From the NCBI GenBank assembly GCA_050015075.1, contig JBEKCB010000003.1, positions 160,001 to 224,000 of the forward strand: a DNA stretch of 64,000 nt. Direction: 5' to 3'. Both the position numbers and the translations under genes were made by a program. Positions 56,049 to 64,000 of the stretch are shown piece after piece (the stretch's first letter is position 1; each line of letters starts with the position of its first letter). Origin of the DNA: Candidatus Brocadiia bacterium. Its GTDB lineage: Bacteria; Planctomycetota; Brocadiia; CAIUPP01. The notes under the pieces were generated by a model that did no database searches, had not been told where the DNA came from, and worked only from the letters and a program-made list of their open reading frames with translations.

Positions 56049-56140
56049 GCTCGTAGTGGCGCCGTAAGGCGCTATTTCGTTTCGCTCGTAGTGGCGCCGC
56101 CAGGCGCTGCTTCGTATGCCCTGACGGGCACACTACCAGC
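56049..56140. repeat. GTAG-type REP: half unit plus doublet, copy 4
   Basis: 56049-56080 half unit, 56084-56140 full doublet; overlaps a CDS 3' end. Confidence 0.9.
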
Positions 56141-57439
56141 AGAATCCAGGACGGACTTCGTCCACGCCGCATCCAGTTGCGACTGGGTCATGCCCAGGAG
56201 CCGCAGCAGTTCGGCGTGGCACTCCTTCGGCCGCGGGCGGGGCGAGTTGCGGATGAACGCGACCAGCTCCACCCACTCCTTCGGGTGCTCGGTGCGGAGG
56301 AAGTGGACCAGGCTCTGCGAGAGCAGGTAGTCCAGCCCGAAGGCGATTTTTTCGCTCATCAGCAGCGGCTCCAGGCTGATCGGCACGACGTTCAGGAGCC
56401 GCTCGCGCAGCGGCCGGTCGGCATCGGCGGCGTCGCGCGGATCGGCCATGTTCTCGGCCATCCCTTCCGCGAGCCAGCTCGGCGCGCCGAACAGGTGCAT
56501 CCGGCGGAACATCAGCAGGTGCGTCCCCTCGTGCCTGACCGTGGGGCGGAACGTCGGCGAGAACCAGACCGCGAAGTAACCCGCCGGCGTCGCGTACCCG
56601 CCCGATTTCAGGGCGGCCGGGTCATGGCGCTCGGCGAATTTCAGGTACGTCTGGTGATACGAGAACAGGAAGACGATCATGTAGGGATCGGGGCCGGGCG
56701 AGAACGGCAGCGGCGGCTCGACGGCGTCCGCGGGCGCGGGGTTTCCGGCGTCGGCGGAGGCCGGTTGCGCGCGTGGCTGGATGCCGAGATCGAAGGGGAA
56801 GACCTGCTGGAAATTGTCGTACAGCTCCTCGAGCAGTTGCGCCGCCGACTGCGCCGGCAGAGGCCCGGTGTGCGCGAAGATCAGGAAGTGCTTCGTCTCC
56901 ACGAGGTCCGCATCGTCCGCGATCCCGCGGAGCGCCCGGCGGCAGATCGAGACGATCTCCTCTTTCGGCCGCGGCCCGCTCGAACGCTGCAGGGTCAGCG
57001 TAAGGTCCACCTTCCACGCGCCGTCCTCCCGGAGCATGTAAACGGAGGGCCGGAAGCTCAACAGCGGCTCGATGTCCAACCGCGCGTGTTCGGGCTCCGT
57101 CAGCGTCACACTGAATTCCGGCCCGGTGTCCGGCGCAGGCTCCGCTGCGTCGCGCTTTGCCCTGGAGACGGCCATGGCGAAGAAGCGGGCCAGGTCCTCC
57201 ACCCGGAAGAGCGAAAGTTTGGCGGCCAACCGTTCCCGTATCTCGCGGGCATCGGCGGAGGCGACGGTCGGAATGATCGCCTCATAAGTTCCCTCGCCGA
57301 CCGCCGCGCGAAACCGCGACACGGCCTCGCGGACCGCCGTTTCGGAATCGGAATCCTCCGGCGCGGCGGTCGCGGGACGCGCGGCCCAGGAACAGAGGAG
57401 CAGAATCGCCACGCAGGCGCCCCAGACAGACCGCCGCAT
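56072..57439 (-). CDS. Secreted HExxH metallopeptidase-like protein (DUF1570/peptidase MA-like)
   Basis: Signal peptide; VETKHF, RHEGTH, PSWLAEGMAE, YLLSQSLVHFL. Confidence 0.8.
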   Translation of the reverse strand: MRRSVWGACVAILLLCSWAARPATAAPEDSDSETAVREAVSRFRAAVGEGTYEAIIPTVASADAREIRERLAAKLSLFRVEDLARFFAMAVSRAKRDAAEPAPDTGPEFSVTLTEPEHARLDIEPLLSFRPSVYMLREDGAWKVDLTLTLQRSSGPRPKEEIVSICRRALRGIADDADLVETKHFLIFAHTGPLPAQSAAQLLEELYDNFQQVFPFDLGIQPRAQPASADAGNPAPADAVEPPLPFSPGPDPYMIVFLFSYHQTYLKFAERHDPAALKSGGYATPAGYFAVWFSPTFRPTVRHEGTHLLMFRRMHLFGAPSWLAEGMAENMADPRDAADADRPLRERLLNVVPISLEPLLMSEKIAFGLDYLLSQSLVHFLRTEHPKEWVELVAFIRNSPRPRPKECHAELLRLLGMTQSQLDAAWTKSVLDSAGSVPVRAYEAAPGGATTSETK

Positions 57440-57594
57440 AAGGAGCGGCCTCTCCGTTCGCGCGCGGCCTATATTTTCTGGATCTATCAGGAACGCGGCT
57501 CTCTTCTTGGCTGGAACTTCAGCAAGCAACTGCCTGCAAGCGGCAACAAAACGCGGCCTGTCAATATTAAGCCCATGGCGGCCTTGCTCAGATC

Positions 57595-58239
57595 TCACTT
57601 TACTCTTCTCACTGTGATACTCTCGAAACGTGTGTAGAATCCTACTGCCCATGAGGGCTTCTGCATTGTTTCTAGCCAACCAACTTCTTTGTATACCTCA
57701 CGCGAGTATGTGAAATTAAAATATCCCGTCTCGACCCCCAACATTTCTCACGTCTCTCCTTCCGACCGCGTTGGCCAAGGTTCATTTCCTTCCAAGTCAA
57801 CTCTCCAGTCCCATAACTCCCCAGGCTTCGGTCCACGTCCTTTCTGGGGGTACATCGGCCCTAGCAGTTCACCGACGATCACAACCTTCTCATCAAGCTT
57901 CTTTCCATTAACGAGAGCGACCTCGAAGTGAAGAGAGTCGCCCTTTGAGTTTATTGTAATCCATTTGCCTCGAATCCTTAACAAGCTTCCGATCGGTTGG
58001 CCAAGCTTGCCGATAATCTGAACGGTAGCTGGTATGTCTTCTGCTCTAACTGTAACCGGCGGCAGCAGGCCTCCAAGCGGGCCAAGCCCGCCGGCAATCT
58101 GAACGGTACCCGGTATGTCGTCTGATCTAACCGCCTGCTTTTCCTTCACACCGTCACAGGTGCATTGGCGGCCAGCGCTGCAGCCGACCGTGACGGCAAG
58201 CAGGACGACTGCGCAGCACTTTAATCTAAAGTCATTCAT
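57595..58239 (-). pseudogene. Lower-GC lipoprotein gene with in-frame TGA at 57748-57750
   Basis: GGAGG RBS, lipobox VTVGC; frame stays open for 50 codons past the TGA (EGET*EMLGVETGYF...). Confidence 0.65.
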
Positions 58240-58289
58240 TCGATTGTGCCTCCTTTTTTATTATTCCTCTTCGTGTAAGAAAAGGAAAG

Positions 58290-58378
58290 GTCTCTCGCAA
58301 AGACGCAAAGAGCGCCAAGAACGGCATAATCATGCAGTTTTTCGTTCTTTGCGTTCTTGGCGTCTTGGCGAGAGAATT
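58290..58378. repeat. Nonamer-armed palindrome
   Basis: tctctcgcaaagacgcaaagagcgccaag...ctttgcgttcttggcgtcttggcgagaga. Confidence 0.8.
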
Positions 58379-58432
58379 CCTTTTTTTATGCGAACGTCAA
58401 AAGAGACGCCGCGCCTATCCTGCTTGCGCCCA

Positions 58433-58843
58433 TTAGCATATCTCCCTTATGAATTCAGCAGGGGACAGAATGCGGATGGCTCGCCACCGGCCGAGGCTCA
58501 GCAGGTGCGCGTCTCCGGAAATGATCAGACTTGCCCCGGCTGCGCTGGCGCAGGCCAGGATCATGTTGTCGTCCGGATCGGCTGGAACGGCTCGGACTTT
58601 TTCGGCCGGGGTCACGACCTGGCAGAGGTCGCGGAATTCCTCGACCAGCGCGACGGCTTGCGCCGGGGACAGGCCGAATTTCGGCCTCTGCAGGACGTCG
58701 CGCACTTCGTCGAGAATGGGGACCGGCGTGAAGCACTGCACGGCGCCGGCCAGCGCGCAGTCCAGCACGCGGGCCGGCGGACCGCCGAAGAGGAATGCCG
58801 AGATGACGACGTTCGAGTCCAGTACGACGCGCGGAGGAGTCAT
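58433..58843 (-). CDS. PIN-family toxin (TIGR00305-like)
   Basis: RVVLDSNVVISA, VLQRPKF, DPDDNMILACA, IISGDAHLL. Confidence 0.9.
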   Translation of the reverse strand: MTPPRVVLDSNVVISAFLFGGPPARVLDCALAGAVQCFTPVPILDEVRDVLQRPKFGLSPAQAVALVEEFRDLCQVVTPAEKVRAVPADPDDNMILACASAAGASLIISGDAHLLSLGRWRAIRILSPAEFIREIC

Positions 58844-59091
58844 CCGCGCCGCGCCTTGCTCTTTCGGTGGGCTCTGATTTCGCTCGATACGTCCGCCGGC
58901 TTCAGCCCCTTCGCGCGCGCGATCTTCCGGCCCAGGGCGAAAATTCCCGCCCATCGCTCCTTGCGCTGGATGTAAGAGCGCGCGGCCTCGCGCAGCAACT
59001 CCGAGCGGCTCCGCGATTCGCGCCGGGCCATGCGGTCAATGCCGCGAAGGAGGCTGTCCTGAAACGATATGTTCACCGTTACATTGCTCAT
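58840..59091 (-). CDS. CopG/RHH antitoxin
   Basis: TVNISF...IDRMARRESRSRSELLREA; ATGA overlap with the PIN gene. Confidence 0.88.
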   Translation of the reverse strand: MSNVTVNISFQDSLLRGIDRMARRESRSRSELLREAARSYIQRKERWAGIFALGRKIARAKGLKPADVSSEIRAHRKSKARRG

Positions 59092-59225
59092 GGTCCCGCC
59101 TCGCTTTCCGCATCGATGATATAAAGTTTGTATATGCCCTGTCAATGGGGTATGGATCCGGCTCGACGGATTTTCCGCGCATGAAACGGATGACCGGCGA
59201 TCCGCGCCGACCGGCCGGCCTCGTC

Positions 59226-59855
59226 TCACTTCGCCGGCGGTCCGCCGCATACCACGCCTGCGCGTTGAAGGCCCTGGATCAACTCGGCCGGCGTCGTGGA
59301 TTGGAACGTCGTGAAGCCGAGCGCGCGCGCGGCCTGGACGTTCTCGGCGAGGTCGTCCACGAAGACCGTCTCGGCCGCGGTGGCGCCCATGCGGTCGAGC
59401 GCGGCACGGTAGGCGCGCGGGTCGGGCTTGCAGAAGCCGATCAGGTGCGACGCGATGAGCGCGTCGAACTGCCGCGCGAGATCCATCGCGATGAAGTAGT
59501 CCCAGTGGCCGAAGAACGTGTTCGAGAGAATGGCCAGCCCGTAATGCCCCTTGAGCGAGGCGATCAGCCCGGGCACTTCGGGAAAGACGACCGCGAGTTC
59601 CGGGCCGAACCAGCTCACGACGTCGGCGGGCGCGACGGAGGTCCCGAACCGGCGATTGATCTGCTCCACGAACTCCTGCGGCGAGAGTTTCCCCAGCGCG
59701 ATCGCCTGGGCCATGCCGCTTTCGTTGAACAGCGCGACCAGCCGCTCGGGCGTGCTGCCGAGCGCCGCCGCCGCGCGCCCGAGCCCGTCCGCGTGCAGCT
59801 CGATCAGCACGTTGCCCAGGTCGAAAAGGATCCACGTAATCTTCCGTGACGCCAT
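59226..59855 (-). CDS. HAD-family phosphatase (YihX-like)
   Basis: FDLGNV, LSNT, KPD, FVDD..N. Confidence 0.9.
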   Translation of the reverse strand: MASRKITWILFDLGNVLIELHADGLGRAAAALGSTPERLVALFNESGMAQAIALGKLSPQEFVEQINRRFGTSVAPADVVSWFGPELAVVFPEVPGLIASLKGHYGLAILSNTFFGHWDYFIAMDLARQFDALIASHLIGFCKPDPRAYRAALDRMGATAAETVFVDDLAENVQAARALGFTTFQSTTPAELIQGLQRAGVVCGGPPAK

Positions 59856-59877
59856 TCGCTATTCCTTAGAGACGACA

Positions 59878-60042
59878 TAACCACCAAGGCACCAGGACAC
59901 CAAGAACGCCAACTCATATTGCAACCACGGAACACACGGAAAACACTGAAGCTGTTTAGGATAGTCATTCAGTGTGCTCCGTGTATTCCGTGGTGGAAGA
60001 CGCTGTTTTTTTGTGCCTTGGTGTCTTTGCGCCTGGCGGTAA
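59878..60042. repeat. Nested nonamer-armed palindromic element, copy 2
   Basis: Reverse-complement homolog of 14772-14926, including internal spacers. Confidence 0.85.
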
Positions 60043-60051
60043 GAGCGCGGC

Positions 60052-60849
60052 TCAAGACGCCGCCCCGAACGCCTCGGTGATCTTCGCCTCCAGCAGCGCC
60101 GCCAGCGCGGTTTTCTCGGGCGTTTTCTTGCCGAGGACGCCGAGCACGGCCGGGTCAATCGGCCCGGCGGCGGGGCGGCCGCAGAACTGGCGCAGCGTGG
60201 CGGCGACGACGCGCATTTGGGGTGCGATCGGGTTGAGCTTCAGGTTCCGCTCGGCGACCGCGAACGGCTCGTGCGGCTTCAGGTTGCCGTTGATGGCGCG
60301 CAGCACCAGCAGCAGGTTCTCCGGGAAGTTCCAGTTCGCCGGCTCGGTATGGTCAATCGCCTGCGCCAGCGACAGCTCCGCCGGCGCGCCGTCCACGGTG
60401 TCATGGATCACGGTGGCGAGCGTCGGCTCGCGGTATCCGGCGAAGTCCGCGTACTTCTCCGGATGCGTCACGATCGGGAAATACTCGGCGCCCGGGTACA
60501 GCCGCGACGCGGCCTTCAATTTCGCGACGAGCCGCTCGACCTGCCAGTGCTTGATCCGCGTCCGGTCCTCCAGCGCGCCGAGCAACTTCCAGCCCGCGTG
60601 GCGGCCGACGAACAGCTTATCCATCCGGGCCGTGTTGCCGGAGAGCCACGCCTCGAGGACCAGGATCGCGTTCTCCCACATCCACGTCGCCGGGTGCAGC
60701 TTTTCCGTCTCGCGGCCCCGGTATCCCTTGGTCGTCTGCCCCTCGCCGATGGCCTGCACGATCAGCTCCACGTGCCGCTGCGCCTTGTGATGGCAGAGCC
60801 TCAGAGCCGTGATCAGGCCGCGTATCTCTTCCGCGTCTTCCTTCTGCAT
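60052..60849 (-). CDS. Hypothetical protein
   Basis: 265-aa ORF with genome-typical GC3 codon usage. Confidence 0.7.
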   Translation of the reverse strand: MQKEDAEEIRGLITALRLCHHKAQRHVELIVQAIGEGQTTKGYRGRETEKLHPATWMWENAILVLEAWLSGNTARMDKLFVGRHAGWKLLGALEDRTRIKHWQVERLVAKLKAASRLYPGAEYFPIVTHPEKYADFAGYREPTLATVIHDTVDGAPAELSLAQAIDHTEPANWNFPENLLLVLRAINGNLKPHEPFAVAERNLKLNPIAPQMRVVAATLRQFCGRPAAGPIDPAVLGVLGKKTPEKTALAALLEAKITEAFGAAS

Positions 60850-61121
60850 CGGTCCATCGCTCCTGAAACCGGGATTCCCTGAATTCTAGCGCATTGCCGC
60901 GCCCAGTCAAGGCCATTGGCGCAATTTGCGGACCCGGGGCGCCGTTCCGGTTGATTTCCCCAGTGGACTGCTCTATCCTTTCTCGGCGCGGCGGCTGAGT
61001 CCGCAGACTTTGAACTGACCTGCAAGGAGGTCAGGAACATATCACAAATTGTGATAAGTCCAGGCCTCAAGCACGCCCCGAGAATGACGGCATTTACCCA
61101 GCTTGGACAAGGGAACGCAAG

Positions 61122-63065
61122 ATGAAGCCCGAACCGCCCGTTCTCATCCCGCGCAAGCTGATCTTCGGAAACCCGGAGCGCACGGCCGTCACGATCAGCC
61201 CCGATGGCGCGAAGCTGGCGTTCCTCGCGCCGGTCGAAGGCGTGCTGAACGTCTGGATCGCTCCCGCGGCCGCGCCGGAGAAGGCCGCGCCGGTTACGAA
61301 CGACCGCCGCCGCGGCATCCGCAACTATCACTGGGCGCACACGAACGCCCACGTGCTCTACATCCAGGACAAGGACGGCGACGAGAACTGGCACGTGTAC
61401 GCGACCGACCTGCGGACGAAGGAGACGCGCGACCTGACGCCGTTCCCGGCGACGCAGGCCCGCGTCCAGCACGTGGGCCGCCGCTTCCCGCAGGAGATTC
61501 TCGTCGCGCTCAACAACCGCGACCCGAAATTCCACGATGTTCACCGCGTGAACATCCTCACCGGCGCGATCCGGCTTCTCCAGAAGAACACCGAGTTCGC
61601 CGAGTTCGTCACCGATGAGCAGTTCGAGGTCCGCCTGGGCCTGCGCCAGACCCCCGACGGCGGATGGGAATTTCTCAAGCGCGCGGGCGAGGAGCGATGG
61701 GAACTCCTCGTCAAGTTCGGCCTGGAGGACGCCGCGAGCACCACCACGGTCGGCTTCGACGACACCGGCCGCACGCTCTATATGACCGACTGCCGCGACC
61801 GCGACACCGCCGCGCTCTTCGCGTGGGACTTGAGCAGCGGCCGGCGCGAACTCCTCGCCGAGGACCCGCGCGCCGACTCCGGCGAGTTCCTCCAGCACCC
61901 GGTCACCCAGGCCGTCCAGGCGGTCTCCTTCGACTACGAGCGCATGGCGTGGAAGGTGCTCGACCCGGAGATCGCGCCGGACTTCGAGGCCCTCCGCGCC
62001 GTCAGCGAGGGAGATTTCCGCGTCGTCAGCCGCTCACTGGACGATTCCACGTGGATCGTCGCCTACACGAACGACATCGGCCCCATGCGCTATTACCGCT
62101 ACGACCGCACGTCGCGCCGCGCCGAGTTCCTCTTCAGCAACCGCCCCGCGCTCGAAGGGCAACCGCTCGCGAAGATGCGCCCGCGGGTCATCCGCTCGCG
62201 CGACGGCCTCGACATGGTCAGCTATCTCACGCTGCCCCTCGCCGCCGGCGACGCGCCGAAGGAGCCGCTGCCGATGGTGCTCTACGTCCACGGCGGACCG
62301 TGGGGCCGCGACAGTTGGGGATTTCACAGCATCCACCAGTGGCTCGCGAACCGCGGCTACGCGGCGCTCAGCGTCAACTTCCGCGGCTCGCTGGGGTTCG
62401 GCAAGAAGTTCGTCAACGCCGGCAACCTCGAATGGGGCCGCAAGATGCACGACGACCTGCTCGACGCGGTGGATTGGGCCATTGAGAAGCGGATCGCCGA
62501 TCCGGCGCGCGTCGCGATCATGGGCGGCAGCTATGGAGGCTACGCGACGCTCGTCGGGCTGGCCTTCACGCCGGAGAAGTTCGTCTGCGGCGTGGACATC
62601 GTCGGGCCGTCGAACCTGCTGACGCTCCTCAACTCGATCCCGCCGTACTGGCAGCCGATCGTCGAACTCTTCGCCAAGCGCACCGGCGATCACCGGACCG
62701 AGGACGGCCGCCGCCTGCTCAACGAACGGTCGCCGCTGACCCGCGCGGACCGCATCCGCCGGCCGCTGCTCATCGCCCAGGGCGCGAACGACCCGCGCGT
62801 GAAACAGGCCGAGTCCGACCAGATCGTCGCCGCGATGATGGCCGGGAATATCCCGGTCACGTACCTGCTCTATCCCGACGAGGGCCACGGCTTCGGCCGC
62901 CCGGAGAATTGGCTCTCGTTCACCGCCGCGTCGGAAGCCTTCCTCGCCGCGCACCTCGGCGGCCGCGTCGAGCCGGTCGGCGACGATTTCAGGAACTCGT
63001 CCATCACCTGCCGCGCCGGCTGCGACCAGGTCGCCGGCCTGGCCGGCGCGCTGGAGAAGAAGTGA
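61122..63065 (+). CDS. S9 family peptidase (dipeptidyl aminopeptidase/acylaminoacyl peptidase)
   Basis: [30 protein letters not shown]. Confidence 0.95.
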   Translation: MKPEPPVLIPRKLIFGNPERTAVTISPDGAKLAFLAPVEGVLNVWIAPAAAPEKAAPVTNDRRRGIRNYHWAHTNAHVLYIQDKDGDENWHVYATDLRTKETRDLTPFPATQARVQHVGRRFPQEILVALNNRDPKFHDVHRVNILTGAIRLLQKNTEFAEFVTDEQFEVRLGLRQTPDGGWEFLKRAGEERWELLVKFGLEDAASTTTVGFDDTGRTLYMTDCRDRDTAALFAWDLSSGRRELLAEDPRADSGEFLQHPVTQAVQAVSFDYERMAWKVLDPEIAPDFEALRAVSEGDFRVVSRSLDDSTWIVAYTNDIGPMRYYRYDRTSRRAEFLFSNRPALEGQPLAKMRPRVIRSRDGLDMVSYLTLPLAAGDAPKEPLPMVLYVHGGPWGRDSWGFHSIHQWLANRGYAALSVNFRGSLGFGKKFVNAGNLEWGRKMHDDLLDAVDWAIEKRIADPARVAIMGGSYGGYATLVGLAFTPEKFVCGVDIVGPSNLLTLLNSIPPYWQPIVELFAKRTGDHRTEDGRRLLNERSPLTRADRIRRPLLIAQGANDPRVKQAESDQIVAAMMAGNIPVTYLLYPDEGHGFGRPENWLSFTAASEAFLAAHLGGRVEPVGDDFRNSSITCRAGCDQVAGLAGALEKK

Positions 63066-63517
63066 TCCGCATCTACGTGGATGCCGACGGCTGCCCCGTG
63101 AAGCAGGAAATCTGCAAGGTGGCCGCGCGCTGCGGCGTCGAGGCCGTCTTCGTCGCGAACACCTGGATGCGGATCGGCGAGGGCGCCGGGGCCAAGATGG
63201 TCGTCGTGGACGGCGACTTCAACGCCGCGGATGACTGGATCGCCGGGCAGGCCGTCGCGAACGACATCGTCATCACCGCGGACATCCCGTTGGCCGCGCG
63301 CTGCCTGGCGAAAGGCGCCGTCGTCCTCGACCCGCGCGGCGGCGCGTTCAGCGAGAACACCATCGGCCAGGCGCTCGCCACGCGGGAGCTGATGTCGCAC
63401 CTGCGCGACCAGGGCCAGGTCGGCGGCGGTCCCGCGCCCTTCGAGAAGCGCCACCGCTCCCGCTTCCTCCAGCGCCTCGACGAGACCATCCAGTCCGCGC
63501 TCCGGAAGAAGCCGTGA
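63062..63517 (+). CDS. YaiI/YqxD (DUF188) family protein
   Basis: IYVDADGCPVK, AADDWI, ITADIPLA, GGPAPF. Confidence 0.92.
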   Translation: MIRIYVDADGCPVKQEICKVAARCGVEAVFVANTWMRIGEGAGAKMVVVDGDFNAADDWIAGQAVANDIVITADIPLAARCLAKGAVVLDPRGGAFSENTIGQALATRELMSHLRDQGQVGGGPAPFEKRHRSRFLQRLDETIQSALRKKP

Positions 63518-63609
63518 ACCGCAGCGCTCGCCGGATCGTTAGCCTTCTGGTATGATGCCGCCGCTGGGATTTGTTCTCGACGGCGGCCATGGGACACCGG
63601 GAGAGCGCA

Positions 63610-64000
63610 GTGGGCGCGAACGGCGCGAGCGCGATCGTTCTCGACCGCGTGAGCAAGAGCTTCGACGGCGTGCGCGCGGTGCGGGCGCTGAGCGCGCAGG
63701 TGCCGCGCGGGACCATCTACGGATTCCTCGGGCCGAACGGCGCGGGGAAGACGACCACCATCCGGATGATCATGGACATCCTCCGGCCCGACGGCGGGCG
63801 GATCGAGGTGCTCGGCGCGGCGTCGGCGCGTCAGGCGAAGGACCGCGTCGGCTACATGCCCGAGGAGCGCGGGCTTTATCCGCGCATGAAAGTGCGCAAC
63901 ATCCTGGCGTTCTTCGCCGCGCTCAAGGGCGTGCCGAAAACGAAAATCCCCGGCCGCATCGAGGGCTGGCTGAAGGCGATGGACCTCTCCGGCTGGCAGC
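63610..64000 (+). CDS. ABC transporter ATP-binding protein (partial, runs off the window)
   Basis: GFLGPNGAGKTT Walker A, GYMPEERGLY. Confidence 0.9.
   Translation, partial: MGANGASAIVLDRVSKSFDGVRAVRALSAQVPRGTIYGFLGPNGAGKTTTIRMIMDILRPDGGRIEVLGAASARQAKDRVGYMPEERGLYPRMKVRNILAFFAALKGVPKTKIPGRIEGWLKAMDLSGWQ

Overview
GC-rich bacterial chromosomal window, inferred to come from an anaerobic PVC/Planctomycetota-like organism (PEP-CTERM protein, two URO-D-family proteins, DUF1570-like protein, multiheme cytochrome c); the taxonomy is inference only. It holds about 55 real CDS. These include a GT2/radical-SAM/acyltransferase/DUF362 operon, folD, nadD, larC, an asnB/GT4/GT2 surface-polysaccharide cluster, a 12-gene group-4 [NiFe] energy-converting hydrogenase operon with complex-I-like architecture, and three toxin-antitoxin-like pairs. 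Also present are RNase P RNA, a type IV pilin, pirin, a Tes/GDGT-MAS-like radical SAM enzyme, a GH2 beta-mannosidase and an S9 peptidase. The best candidates for undescribed systems are: (1) a sigma54-driven operon whose priming sugar transferase begins with a PEP-CTERM sorting motif, identical in protein but not DNA to the C-terminus of the next gene; (2) a lower-GC, translationally coupled cassette of TPR histidine kinase, receiver-DUF5678-like fusion and retropepsin-like aspartyl protease. Intergenic DNA carries many palindromic repeat families (6-, 7-, 8- and 9-mer-armed hairpins, GTAG-REP doublets, a perfect 21-bp inverted repeat). There are also duplicated tRNA-Gln-like 3' att scars and a 125-bp repeat with an exactly spaced symmetric motif downstream of rnpB. 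No rRNA, intact tRNA, CRISPR array or transposase was found. All family assignments come from motif recognition by eye, not database searches.
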